Below, piece after piece: positions 32,301 to 38,654 of a stretch of 64,000 bases of DNA. The notes under the pieces were generated by a model that had not been told where the DNA came from, did not search any database, and saw only the letters and a program-made list of their open reading frames with translations. Source of the DNA: an uncultured virus (IMG/VR IMGVR_UViG_3300032257_000003) (taxonomy: Duplodnaviria > Heunggongvirae > Uroviricota > Caudoviricetes); the IMG/VR virus record IMGVR_UViG_3300032257_000003, one strand, 5' to 3'. Position numbers and translations under genes: made by a program. Within the stretch, counting starts at the first letter, position 1. Each line of letters starts with the position of its first letter.

Positions 32301-34199
32301 GCACCTGAAGGGTTAATAGAAAACAAAGATTTTAAGCGAGTAAAGGCAATCACTAAAGCAGAGCGTGAGCTCGCAGCAGAGGAAGGCCGTAACCCGATAC
32401 CGCAGGTTGTTTATAAGCTGGACCCAACATACAAATACCGTGATGACGTATTCACTGTGATGGTTGATGGCAAGGCATTGATGGTTAATGTTAAAGATCA
32501 GATCGTAGCCGAGCAGCTTAAACGTATGAATACAAACGAGCTTAATACCTTGTTTGCTTCAGCTGGGCAGGTTAATCGATATCTTGCAATGATTAACACA
32601 GCATTAAATCCTGAATTCGTTATCACTAACCTGGAGCGCGACTTCCAGACAGCGATGGTTAATCTATCTGGTGAGCGATCAGCAGCAATGGCCAAGCAGG
32701 TTGCAATGGATATGCCCGCAGCTACCCGTGGTATATGGCAGGCAACATTCGATACTAAGGGCCAGTCAGAATGGCGTGACCTTTATAAAGAGCTTCAGGA
32801 AGAAGGCGGCACCATTGGGTTCTTCGGACTTGAGGATATCGATACAAAGATAAAATCAATTCAAGGCAAGCTTGAAAACAAGCAAACTGTATTAGGCAAA
32901 TCCAGACGTACCGTTGCTAAGGTCCGAGATATTGTGCTGGATATGAATATCTCCGTTGAAAATTCAGCTCGATTAGCTGCCTATAAAGCGGTTAAGAATT
33001 CTTATATGAATAATGGCTTGCCTGCTGCTGAAGCAAAGGCCAGAGCTGCAAGTGTTGCAAAAAACCTAACGGTTAACTTTAATCGCAAGGGTGAATTGGC
33101 CCCAGTATTGAACAGCTTATACTTATTCTACAATGCAAGTATTCAGGGTTCAGCCCGTATCTTGACTGCACTGAAACATAAGCGCGTTCAAAAAATCGTA
33201 GGTGGCATTGCGCTGGCTGGCTTTGGTATGGCGTTGCTTAATCGTGCCATGGGCGGTGATGATGATGACGGTATTCCTTACTGGGATAAAATCAGCGAAC
33301 ACACAAAACAAACTCATTTTATTGTCATGCATCCTGATGGCTCAGGCAATTACACTAAGATTAAGCTCCCATATGGATACAATGTATTCTTTTATACTGG
33401 AACCACATTAAACGGCATGATGTATGACCCGCGTAAAACCGTTGGTTCATCAGGTATGGAATTATTAAGTGCAACATTGAATGCGTTTAACCCGATTCAA
33501 GGCGCTGATTTTATTGATACGATTATGCCTACAGTGGTTAAACCATTCGTACAGGACGCACGTAATAAAAACTTTATGGATAGCAATATCAGACCTGAAT
33601 ATAAGTTTGATAACTATGATCGTCCAGATTCACAAAAGGTATTTGGCTCAACTAACGCCATTCTGGCTGATACCATGGCAGAGCTTAATGCGCTGTTTGG
33701 TGGTAACGAGACTCATTCATCAAGTCCATTTACTGACATTTCACCTGAAACAATCAAGCATTATATTGGCTGGTTAACGGGTGGTGCCGGAATGACGGTT
33801 ACCAGAACATTAGGAACAACAGCTAATCTGATTACTGGAGAGGAAATAAACACAAAGAATGTTCCACTTATCCGTACCCTGGGTGGCAAGACTGGACCAT
33901 ATTATGATAAAGATCGATTCTATGGCGCTATAAAGGAAGTTGAAGCAGTTAAAGCCCAGCTGAAGCTTTATAAAGGCACGTCAGAATACAGTGCTTATAA
34001 GCAGGAAAACTACCATGTTAATAAGCTGGCTTTCCATATAACCAAGTACAGAAATCGTATCAAGAAATTTAAGGATAAACGCGACAAGGCATACATGGAT
34101 AATGACCGCGAAAGAGCCCGTGAATATTCAGAGAAAATGCGTCAAGAGATGATGAAGTTTTCTAAAAAGTATGATGATGCAATAAACGCACAGCAGTGA
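17370..34199 (+). CDS. Giant DarB-like polyvalent virion protein: InPase-like, GGDEF-like, N6-adenine methyltransferase, SNF2 helicase, zincin-like peptidase, LPD38-like C-terminus
   Basis: GADGDPIDVF/FDEHKVMMGF; DADSLKWIND/SGDEF; LEPASGTG and NPPF; HAVGAGKT, DEAH, QREGRIIRQG; HEIIGH; IKLPYGY. Confidence 0.85.
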   Translation: MPKNIDDSFMFDEEDKPIEPSEEFSDDFMFSDDFMFNEEQAEAAPEQITEPSPYSKDGKPLPTMQAQEPTFLDSVQDFFTGGEAHKARASNELAARRIAKEQGVEVEEVYESAGGARPMLNPEGRAPVRAFAEGAELVGSQAPDLVPGVANTVLRTIRGGDDTMDDSSWLDQAIEGTDIPPDENADPNYKSFQGLGKNLGYSLTTMTAGMGAYVAGSFATTPLGGTVAAGTASSAVAFRGSKDEFMSRQKEAFTGYYEKLHDRKPTQEEYDRVRDDFNTLANKYGAWEAIPEAIGNMVFIRAFAAPLKGATLGKLNTFKVKAAEIAERTANTLATENITEIATAMGQNDVEQQAGLTDRDLSLSQAAREVIIPTTLLTTIMGGAGVIGKAGYGKFKNVPDSVKNSVHPVDNVDFVPTHKANGGVDVEQVYNDQGSPVQDTFKDSQGNIIRDAQAVEQATPATPTTDSVAPKYDINSFDIEAQTEAIKADVAKGRTATQARQGIIDSVYGKSDFVTNPLPGQQSAQRQMDINNAPMDVNQTIEATKQAVFKRGSGNMPVSMQEQEATLAKAARDSGLSTPADINQYVVEHLTDSVKPAETVEQARQREIDQAQTGTFEAPVTPEQVNHPVFKPANRQQAISLQEQARNSGLTDPTEINQYVIEHATGTVKTQSEKNQGIINNARDITEASHINDEADKAAASPNNDKVMTHDEKQLDDGNYVKGHPNVQGFDIAIENPAGSIRKKGWPKMAHHYGDLTGTTGADGDPIDVFIKTDADIKADAPVYVVNQKDPKTGKFDEHKVMMGFDSAEDAKAGYLANYTKDFDGFMDVIETTPDTLSEWASSGNTSQPFDGNIEQDEMVGYDDLQDAPVSEERRADGGERVDRRTNNKAREQYDKLTREELINIILTHELTGIKGRRAFVIEQDDAHHFVSVDADSLKWINDNMSPDNGDMLLQSVADALVQEFGYDNVYHISGDEFYILGFDELDAPILKEGFERVEQRLGGVVITVEKPNGKEIELNGVAATPGYGTNKKEADNALKSEKQSREDQGKRAARGTAPATATITDTKGQQDQVSDTTADGRGAGEESVELGYPPTKNKTILDARKNRYPMPERPTPSTSEGDSVYYPAHKKWVMNEHIAQAADIIKLNPLEMLGLQDSQIQSGPDGIKIAKPITFNGKRYALGSMVFGHDFKDAYELVPKDEFVIDENIDKSYSHYGDLGKIGKKEYYIGNKVVAVSAKAEKEKPLSNDSKGDIVYRNGQVLLVGDENSKGTEYNQIAVNDNGKTYQIFKPEITKQKFSKPLDGSTGSFAPQGKNYPLSKSQKAQYAEIAKIRLPTAARYWAEVKLWEKTHKDYRSEGGLSSPKSILINGGAKGTITKQINTFTDIELSQRIGMSVDEIIEQATPADEPTTAGPELDKILDGAKSKASEAVADYLDWQNKESGRATANVAAHNYLYDNLSDDYTDEQIAAYAKEIVEQLAGAKAETKPELPPEVLHAKYDIYERNGEFLVSEGNKRGGGDTIHPTLEAAKEYRDLEKGRAESRAQAKAEQAKKQAESDKKESEYMASFYGFLDTGSKMQAGSRKKALEKQFNYKNKAYTRKELIEHLIGEEKRIVIGEGANRRLTNGSGDFMGQDTLTKTGMDYAEHIIEHVKFDADQLFHPFDAVKRAEFKDIYNQLPETAQAEVETAYKNATNDYRVDATDDAKVEFIRGIASRVIESDQFNEKKYQYDLGFYDKGQQIGKGIDLNASRETLDNPVEEKPVYGKENKLFTEDAANKARALLKAKLGQMNAGIDPEMMQAGITLAGYHVEAGARKFSEYAGAMVNDLGDGIKPFLKSFYVAVHSWPGMDTKGMTAPEKLTDELVEISLNVVDMQQYNKGEVQDNERSRTDKENTAALGDVATEENAAAETAENVRSGSAEGGIAGERSNTKPNANRKKQAGSRGNSPATARTPKTRTGSRKRTGAGSGTKSDGSGLPSYDATNDESGKLDTPNIPGANFIITDDVRVGQGGEVEKFNDNIAAIKTLKVIEKQNRRATPDEQKILARYVGWGGLANVFADNKGEYKKGWDKRGPELAELIDDKELDAARASTRNAHYTSETIVRGIWDAVKQLGFRGGLSLEPASGTGNFIGMEPKDIDSQFIAVEYDSLTARISSALYPQSTVLHSGFQKVPLSDGAFDLVIGNPPFGKESLNFQYKPGINGKSIHNQFFIAGMDALKGDGIMAMVVSRYLMDTKDSTSRAELAKRGELIGAIRLPDTAFKENARTEVVTDILFFKRIEDQYKRDDDGNLTEELITRPMPDWVETTSVADPLGGDAMNINNFFVSNPEMVIGTLERSGSMRFGKDVTVRLDKTENFGDRLALAISHLPKNIISQSDAVIEASKQRHAQMSDSLHIALMGDEAGSIRQTKDGLQQVAERETPEGDYELSRRPLTPESVWSPQLLQDKKGKWYKEVPKLDEKGQKVKSGRLNVYERFVYENEADIPGSMKLGKAKFERLSSMVEMRDLLVEQLNLEVRDAPARKISQNRTKLSKAYKAFIAKHGPVNADKNARLVHEMPDGALVLALENNYRKQQKEWTGKYGPNGKTKTYKVVKEENSEPAPILSKRVSRPYEAPDRADSPADALAISLSETGTVNIDRIAGLLDISAEEVIEQLHENMDTPLIFNDPELGTWQTRDAYLTGHVKRKLNAAMEAGSNKNIKELEAVQPEPIGAENITPSIGMSWIPPKFYSDFITSLTGEGSRVSYLSKTNSYAVGAYTDSVQAKEWGTGRIGVDKLIDDILNNRQTRVYDYFDKKRTLNQQETDLANLKRDQIVTEFNDWVFKDGDRRAELVDGFNEKHNTRVSRQFDGSHLVLPGKVPDSVIQLRRHQMNAVWRGISERFMLLDHAVGAGKTFTAIARAMERRRMGLSKKPAIVVPNHMVAQFTADTYELYPAAKVLAAGKKDFLKKNRRKLFAKIATGDYDIIIIPHSSFNFIPIAKETEERYLLEELKAAEEAIEEAVEQAEEDGNEGWMTPYNVKEAERTKAGIESRLSKLGSKKKDNLLTFEQMGIDDLTIDEAHEFKNLFYNSRLTGVRGMGNKAGSQKAFDIYSKIKVLQETPTGAVTFMTGTPISNSAVEMYNVMRYLSPQLLEEHGLSHFDAWRSQYVGVSTKYEPTESGSLKEVNRLGRYWSNMRSLMDLYYSFTDAVTNEDIKKAYSEDHDGADFPLPKVANGGRKSVVVKPTEAQNGELKRIIKGFEGLDGIRNPKERNIQRLKLMDQARKVSLDVRAINPNASSNEAGGKLEIVADNVYENYQKFDTDRGTQLIFLDRSVPKAKGDAVVIKAYDKIITERDAALAKGDEAGFRIAEDKLEKYDSNEIHELRNAQSGGWNAYDQIKQNLIAKGIPADQIRFIQEANTDVQKQNLFDQVNDGEVRVLIGSTPRMGAGTNVQQRLTGLHHVDVTWKPSDIEQREGRIIRQGNKLYDKYGADFEVDIKAYVTERTVDAKMWDLNSTKLKMINAIRAYDGSYNMEFDDSDSVNMAEIAAIATGDPLMLERITLIGDINKLQLLERQHSRKMYGITDAITTAERNIERLPAQIEQQESLIAKLKPAIDKVRVDSDNRSIKVEGKPYAGSFAAFKAIEEAVSIQREGKDKGKYSISIDGKQYSTKADIEKALTNKFGDRNFAATVYGKEYVSRMEASRPVSAAIEKMTKADNEELIGSMYGYDMTLNVSIDNGWKYIEISLVDGNNVISSDAKRTNNKTTPVIISNLINRVAEGAESSISDRHINYMKGLLKTAEKDLPALQAKKNEKFDKADELEKARARLEDVTVDLANKKSDDDKGPVVHSKDSRAQTKPEKSISQEKLQQVVSEILGKFKGMKALNIDVRATQDSAFGAGSVARDGVIKGGYYPESNSVVLVAENIESVEDALMVIRHEIIGHYGLRNLLGKDFEALLDDVYAARKGSLKDLYNWVAKSYPELIRDNNTAQIADEMLARAAETKVSNTLISRIKAAIIKMLRAIGMVKGPISRTEVNGLIALSKDLLRNESSEGMALNEMKKSPIYNKISGGVFYSQMANVLSQKLQGKGMAKQYATTIQAMAKKGEFKQEELEWSGVIEWLESVGPKKITKQEVIDFIAANTIEINEVVKGKDTKDITPVLNWIDATEDYRGVNIDNAGMLATDAIINEEFGYVIYTGEDGRYYLNDRDGEQANREGYDDLGLAKMTAETMLEYENAYGDEDSPKFEPYKLPGGENYKELLLTLPNAASAPNVWEKNGNIYTLQDVPFSPKIEYMPSNEKYRLTMQGGTVRTLFSLDVAKNIAEQDAGVLALDNGAYVNTAHWEEKNVVAFIRYNERTDADGKKVLFIEEVQSDWHQAGRKKGYKTSDVIEAAEIDLLKIQKSLADKGNTYAIRNQYVLSLKEKYNEENNVLMSEMTTPAENAERNRLQDSITKKDEAEYMLMIEPAIDAKQKAKELVAQGVPDAPFKTTWPMLAMKRMIRHAAENGFDSIAWTTGEQQAERYNLSKQIDEVITYSQPNDMYRLQAVKDGEYLIDKTVSESELEDNVGKELATKIIKAHDEGRVSMNSFTDSDLKVGGEGMKGFYDNMLPKMVNKHVKKWGGKVGKTSFDIEESKYVIDAEDIEANPQVWQTVNVLDRDTMEPVETDDEFANINEAEMWIEEQVDEAQGSVHSLDITDNMRDAVMQGQPLFRRDEPNDGNLGIPDEGRIDKFVRLFQDSFNRIKTLQGEILKRGGTITGEMDVYRAEELSSGKTTSRLTDLDDKHMKPLVKHMEREGITLEELDEYMIARHAPERNDYIASINSAMPDGGSGMSYEEAEQVMEKYRDKQGALEAAARRVDIVNRKSLNDLVDGGHLAPEIAEDYLNRWDYYVPLKGKEGEDTRSAKGQGYSVSGSTIMDAFGRGEGNRAESPVAHSFAQAETTIIRTEKTKVGLALVELVRANPDPEFWTITQRTFKQFEDLYGEPFEGYEENDAPEGLIENKDFKRVKAITKAERELAAEEGRNPIPQVVYKLDPTYKYRDDVFTVMVDGKALMVNVKDQIVAEQLKRMNTNELNTLFASAGQVNRYLAMINTALNPEFVITNLERDFQTAMVNLSGERSAAMAKQVAMDMPAATRGIWQATFDTKGQSEWRDLYKELQEEGGTIGFFGLEDIDTKIKSIQGKLENKQTVLGKSRRTVAKVRDIVLDMNISVENSARLAAYKAVKNSYMNNGLPAAEAKARAASVAKNLTVNFNRKGELAPVLNSLYLFYNASIQGSARILTALKHKRVQKIVGGIALAGFGMALLNRAMGGDDDDGIPYWDKISEHTKQTHFIVMHPDGSGNYTKIKLPYGYNVFFYTGTTLNGMMYDPRKTVGSSGMELLSATLNAFNPIQGADFIDTIMPTVVKPFVQDARNKNFMDSNIRPEYKFDNYDRPDSQKVFGSTNAILADTMAELNALFGGNETHSSSPFTDISPETIKHYIGWLTGGAGMTVTRTLGTTANLITGEEINTKNVPLIRTLGGKTGPYYDKDRFYGAIKEVEAVKAQLKLYKGTSEYSAYKQENYHVNKLAFHITKYRNRIKKFKDKRDKAYMDNDRERAREYSEKMRQEMMKFSKKYDDAINAQQ
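20479..20643 (+). CDS. Possible overprinted small protein (54 aa, +1 frame) inside the giant gene
   Basis: AAGGAGG at 20466-20472, 6 nt before ATG; overlaps a linker of the host frame. Confidence 0.35.
   Translation: MPSNQKSNQEKTKANEQPAVQRQRLQPSRIPKGSKIKSVILPPMEGEPVKSRLN
22977..23018 (+). promoter_or_regulatory. Internal sigma70-like promoter plus RBS within the giant gene
   Basis: TTGAAT(22977)-18 nt-TATAAT(23001); GAGGTG at 23013-23018. Confidence 0.65.
23026..23343 (+). CDS. Overprinted TnpV-like protein (105 aa, +1 frame) nested in the giant gene
   Basis: Own promoter/RBS; helical sequence RQHWEMWLPKK...EAEEIALPQHVLLKPE. Confidence 0.7.
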   Translation: MSVAELTKKTRQHWEMWLPKKTQQLKLLRTFDLEVQKAASRANDQILSLMRTGRSKQEAEEIALPQHVLLKPEPAAENEPELEAELNQMEADYQATMQPMMNQES

Positions 34200-34212
34200 T
34201 AAAGTAAGCACT

Positions 34213-34425
34213 ATGGTTATAGACAAGACAAGCATTGAGTGGCTCCACATAAAAGAGCATTGTGAAAGCCGAATTAATGAAATGCGAATAGAAAACGATT
34301 CAACATCGTTAGATATTGATGAAACCAATAAACTTCGAGGCATGATAGAGTTTGCCAAAGAGATACTTGAGTTGAACGAGGTTGAAAGCAAACCTGAGAT
34401 TGTAGATACAACCTACAATCTGTGA
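34213..34425 (+). CDS. Small helical phage protein (type usually next to portal)
   Basis: W..IKE...RI...R.END.....LRG.I...K.IL.L pattern. Confidence 0.6.
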   Translation: MVIDKTSIEWLHIKEHCESRINEMRIENDSTSLDIDETNKLRGMIEFAKEILELNEVESKPEIVDTTYNL

Positions 34426-34454
34426 CTTAAACTACTGTCGAGAGGACAGCAAAA

Positions 34455-34937
34455 ATGAAAGTAAAATATACAGACCAAGATGGTCGCTCGCAGATCATTC
34501 CCGCGTCTGGTGACCCAAGACAGGGGTTTTCTGGTAACTCAGCAAACACTCGTATTGTTGGTGGCACTGGCGAACAAAACCGCAACCGATTCTTAGAGCT
34601 AAAATCAACTGGTGCAATTCTATCTGCTCATTGGCCAGCCGGTGCTGATATATCCGCGATTACCTGCTTAGCAACAACTGAAAAAGGTGTTGCTGCTACA
34701 ACTGGTGAAGAATATGTACTGGTTGCAGTTGACTCTGTAGATAGTGCAACGGCAGCAGCCGAGTTAACTGAAACAAGCAGTGCAACTGATGATGTTCAAT
34801 GGCACAAGATTCTATTAAAAGATTTAACCGATATACCTCAATCTGAATTCTTGTCTAATGGTCCGTTAGGTGGCGGCATCATATATGCTAAAGCGGTAGG
34901 CGGCATAAATATTGATCTAGCAATAGGGGCCAGCTAA
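34455..34937 (+). CDS. Hypothetical virion-associated protein
   Basis: ORF with GAGG RBS in a hairpin. Confidence 0.6.
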   Translation: MKVKYTDQDGRSQIIPASGDPRQGFSGNSANTRIVGGTGEQNRNRFLELKSTGAILSAHWPAGADISAITCLATTEKGVAATTGEEYVLVAVDSVDSATAAAELTETSSATDDVQWHKILLKDLTDIPQSEFLSNGPLGGGIIYAKAVGGINIDLAIGAS

Positions 34938-35659
34938 TGAGATATCATGCAAAAAAACCACTATCATCTATTGTCCATGAAGATACTGCGGCTATTTTCC
35001 CCTCACTTCGCTTGAAGTTTTCACGAGCTGGCATGGCTGATAATAAATTATCAATAACCTGCCCTATTAGCGGAAAAATATTAAGCACATCGACCGCATT
35101 TAATGAGATAGGAGCAACAGGCTTTTCCAGGGCTTCTGTTACTTCCATGGATAGCGCATTGGCGTTATCTAACAGCGATTTTTTATGCCTCGTAAATGCA
35201 GATATAACAGCTGCGACAGGAGGAACACTTTTTGGTGGAGCGACAACTGATGGTGGCTCCATAAATGTAAGACCAGCCAGTTCATATTCGTACTATGACG
35301 CTAATGTAATTGGCTCTAATTATAATACTATTCCAGCAACAACAGCAGGAGACCTAAGTGCGATAGGTGTCGCGGTATCTCCATCACTAGATTTTGGTGA
35401 TAAATACGCAGTATTTGCAGATGGAACTACCGCAGTTGAAAAAGACGCTGGAGTGATTACTGGAACTTGGAATGCAGCCGATTGGCAGATTAATCAGTCA
35501 TTTGGCTTAGGCGCAAACGCTGCCATTACATATCATAGTCTCTATGTGCTTGAGTTCGTTAATGGACTTCCGTCAGATACAATCATCTCACAAGGAATGC
35601 AGTGGATGGCAGCGAACCGAGATAAAGGGCTACCGCCACATTGGAAGGATTTGGTGTAA
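34937..35659 (+). CDS. Hypothetical beta-rich (lectin-like?) protein
   Basis: Thr/Gly/Ala-rich; TAATG coupling on both sides. Confidence 0.55.
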   Translation: MRYHAKKPLSSIVHEDTAAIFPSLRLKFSRAGMADNKLSITCPISGKILSTSTAFNEIGATGFSRASVTSMDSALALSNSDFLCLVNADITAATGGTLFGGATTDGGSINVRPASSYSYYDANVIGSNYNTIPATTAGDLSAIGVAVSPSLDFGDKYAVFADGTTAVEKDAGVITGTWNAADWQINQSFGLGANAAITYHSLYVLEFVNGLPSDTIISQGMQWMAANRDKGLPPHWKDLV

Positions 35660-38184
35660 TGGGAAAAGCCTCAGAGTCGATATACCTGCCTCCCAATAGA
35701 GTTACATGTGTTCCTGAATATGAGTCGTTGCTTGTGGCTACTATTTATGACCCTGCTTCTAACCCTGTTTCAGTTTTCATTAATGGTGTTACCTACTCAA
35801 CCAGTGATGCAAGTCTAACTTTAACAGCCAGGGGTACTAATATTGTCTGGACTGGTAAGATTGATTTATCAGCTGCAGGCTTATCGAATAACGTTAGATA
35901 CCCGTGGACAGTAGATCAGGGCGTTAATTATGATGCAGGCAGCTACTACCATACGCCAGCAAGATACACCAACCATCGCTTGCATTTTGTTAGTTGTGAT
36001 AATAACGAGGTTTTTACCAGTGAAGTATCTGGTCATTGGGAACAAATGTGGCATCAGTATGAGGCAGGTATTGAAATATCTGGTGTGTGTGTAACTGATG
36101 ATGACGGATACGTTGATGGAATCATAGTTAGAGATGATGGGTTGACTTATGCTTTCCCGAATCAATCAGGGTTAGCCTCTTCTGGTCAACCACAAAATAC
36201 TGGGCTACTGGACGATTATTTAAAATCTTGGTGCGCTACCATTGGCATGTTGGGGCCTGAACAGACTGAGTACACTGCTGCTGAGTTAGGCACTGGAACA
36301 ACCAACAGAAGTTTAAGGCAAGTTTTGTGGGGTAGAGAATACCATCGAGCAAAATGCAGAAAAAACATTAATCGTATATCTAACGCTCGCAGTGACCATG
36401 ATTCCCGTGATGATGAAGGTTGGGATATTGAGCCAGCCAGTGATGTTCATTTTGCTAATGGCTCTGCTGCTTTTGATGCGTTTCATGGATTATGTCGACC
36501 CGATATAGGAAACCTGATTACAAAAACAGATTTAAGTGCCGCGCATACGGTTTTTCCGTTCGGTGATATTTGCCTTGGTTCTTTGGATTACATAACTAAT
36601 GCGGCCCGTACTTGGGGTAGTAACGTAGCTTATGGCAACTCTACGCAAATAACCCAGTTCACTCAGTTGCTTGGTGATGCTCAAATAGATGACTATCTAA
36701 ATGCTGTTGATGCGGCAGACTTGCCAATAACTATATTAACAACTCAGTTTAGTATGCGTTATTTAATTAATCGCACTGGTGCAGTTCCACCAAACGCATT
36801 TACTGACTCTGTAACTGAGCGTTCGTCAGGAGCCCAGCACCCATTATACGATCACTGTCTAGCGAACTTCGCCAGACTATTCACAGAAGAGGGTAATACT
36901 GCATCTTCAATAATGGATAACCCTAAAACTAATGGAACTAAAGGTTCATTTTTAATGGTTGGCGGTGATTTACACTTGGCTCAAGCTTTAGATTGCCATC
37001 ACCCGGCTTATGTTAGTGCGGCAAACGGCAAAACAAACTTAGCTGAAAACTTCATGCACATTAATATTGCAACTGTGAACGGTTCAAGCCTGACAGGTTC
37101 AGTGGGTGTTACAGGTGACTCAATAGCTGATTGCACACTGGCGTTTGCTGAGGAGTCCGGTATTTTTTCAGGCGCATGGTATGGGTTTTATATTGATGTT
37201 AAGGGCTTTGAGGCTCCACCAAGAATTGAGGCCGTACTATCAAATAAAGATAATAGAGTTTTATTACATAAGCAATTCATGCCAGTTCGTGGCGGCAATA
37301 CTGGTCACGATATGACAGTTAAACTACAAAATAAATCGATAGGCTTTGGCGTGCCTAGTGATGGTCGCGCTCCAATATCTGCACCTGCACCTGCACCTGC
37401 GGCCGGAGCAACTCCTTTACATGTAGTTACAGCTAATGCTTCATCAGACCCAGCTGTTTGGAATCCATTTAATTTTGGAACAATTGAAACATTAGAAACT
37501 GATGCCTCTTATAGCGGTGGAACTGACTACTTTATGCGCTCAACTTTAAGGGCTAGTCAAGCAGCTGAATTAAATTGTGGTTTATGGTTTGAATGCGCTA
37601 ATGTACTTGGCACCAATGTAAAGGCTTTGATGGCAAATCCACGAAGCTACTCTGTTGGCTGGACTTGTAGAATTTCATCTGCATTCTATGATGGTGTTGG
37701 TAATCAGCAGAAGGTTATGATTATTGAACATGCTGAGGATGGCGCCAACCCAACAACTAGACCAATGTTTAATATGTGGGAAACAGACCCAGCACAATTA
37801 AAGAGAATGGTCGCCTTGCATAACGATGCCGCTGGTGAGTGGATGACAGAAACAGGCACGCTAGGCGTACCGCCAACTGACACAGACACGTTAGTTTTTG
37901 ATATGCACAACCACTATGATGAGTGGCTGTATTTTGAAATGACGACCGATCATGTTGCGGACACAGTTACTTTACATGTATTCACTCGTGACGGTCTGAT
38001 TTCTGAACAGAATTTTTTAGTTAACACATCAGTCGCTTCTGCTACAGATGAAATATTTTCTATAAATTTCTTTGCATTATTTGATGTAGCTACTCCTGCC
38101 GACTCATCTGCTATGTACGGCGACACAATACAATTTCAAATAGGTGATTCATTCATGGGCCCACCAGCAGGGTTTGTAATATGA
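35659..38184 (+). CDS. PhoD-like metallophosphatase domain, PAPAPA linker and beta-rich C-terminal domain
   Basis: FVSCD, DDDGYVDG, SDHD, LLGDAQ, GGDLH in PhoD order. Confidence 0.55.
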   Translation: MGKASESIYLPPNRVTCVPEYESLLVATIYDPASNPVSVFINGVTYSTSDASLTLTARGTNIVWTGKIDLSAAGLSNNVRYPWTVDQGVNYDAGSYYHTPARYTNHRLHFVSCDNNEVFTSEVSGHWEQMWHQYEAGIEISGVCVTDDDGYVDGIIVRDDGLTYAFPNQSGLASSGQPQNTGLLDDYLKSWCATIGMLGPEQTEYTAAELGTGTTNRSLRQVLWGREYHRAKCRKNINRISNARSDHDSRDDEGWDIEPASDVHFANGSAAFDAFHGLCRPDIGNLITKTDLSAAHTVFPFGDICLGSLDYITNAARTWGSNVAYGNSTQITQFTQLLGDAQIDDYLNAVDAADLPITILTTQFSMRYLINRTGAVPPNAFTDSVTERSSGAQHPLYDHCLANFARLFTEEGNTASSIMDNPKTNGTKGSFLMVGGDLHLAQALDCHHPAYVSAANGKTNLAENFMHINIATVNGSSLTGSVGVTGDSIADCTLAFAEESGIFSGAWYGFYIDVKGFEAPPRIEAVLSNKDNRVLLHKQFMPVRGGNTGHDMTVKLQNKSIGFGVPSDGRAPISAPAPAPAAGATPLHVVTANASSDPAVWNPFNFGTIETLETDASYSGGTDYFMRSTLRASQAAELNCGLWFECANVLGTNVKALMANPRSYSVGWTCRISSAFYDGVGNQQKVMIIEHAEDGANPTTRPMFNMWETDPAQLKRMVALHNDAAGEWMTETGTLGVPPTDTDTLVFDMHNHYDEWLYFEMTTDHVADTVTLHVFTRDGLISEQNFLVNTSVASATDEIFSINFFALFDVATPADSSAMYGDTIQFQIGDSFMGPPAGFVI

Positions 38185-38654
38185 ATATAATTGAAAGACC
38201 ATTATCAGCAGGTAATAAGGTTAATAATCCTAACCGCATTGTAATACATGCCATGGGTGAATATATCATTGACCCAAAGCCTATGCTGGCAGTTGATATG
38301 TTAGATAGAGATGGCCTTTCAGCTCATTACCTGATACTTCCAAGTGGCGATGTAATGCTTTGCCGCAGACCAGAAGAGGGCGCATATCATGCTCGTGGAT
38401 TCAATACTGATTCGATTGGTATTGAGTTTCTGGTAGAGGGTGAGCATAACTATGGCTCATTTTTAAAGGCGATTAAAACAGATTATGTAACGCCAGGGCA
38501 ATGGCAGGCTGGCGTAGAACTGGTTAAACATTTAAAGTCTTTATATAATATTATCAACATAGATAGACATAGTGATTTGTCTCCCGGTAGAAAGCTTGAC
38601 CCGGGGGCAGGTTTCCGCTGGCAAAAATTCAAACAACAAATAGGCAGTGTGTGA
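38181..38654 (+). CDS. Endolysin, N-acetylmuramoyl-L-alanine amidase (Amidase_2)
   Basis: IVIH, SAHYLI, AYHARGFNTDSIGIE, HSDLSPGRKLDPG. Confidence 0.9.
   Translation: MNIIERPLSAGNKVNNPNRIVIHAMGEYIIDPKPMLAVDMLDRDGLSAHYLILPSGDVMLCRRPEEGAYHARGFNTDSIGIEFLVEGEHNYGSFLKAIKTDYVTPGQWQAGVELVKHLKSLYNIINIDRHSDLSPGRKLDPGAGFRWQKFKQQIGSV

Noticed and set aside
19498..33777. Other alternate-frame and antisense ORFs in the giant gene (e.g. 19498, 21988, 23407, 30013, 33481)
   Set aside because: No convincing RBS seen, and most overlap folded domains of the main frame; typical shadow ORFs
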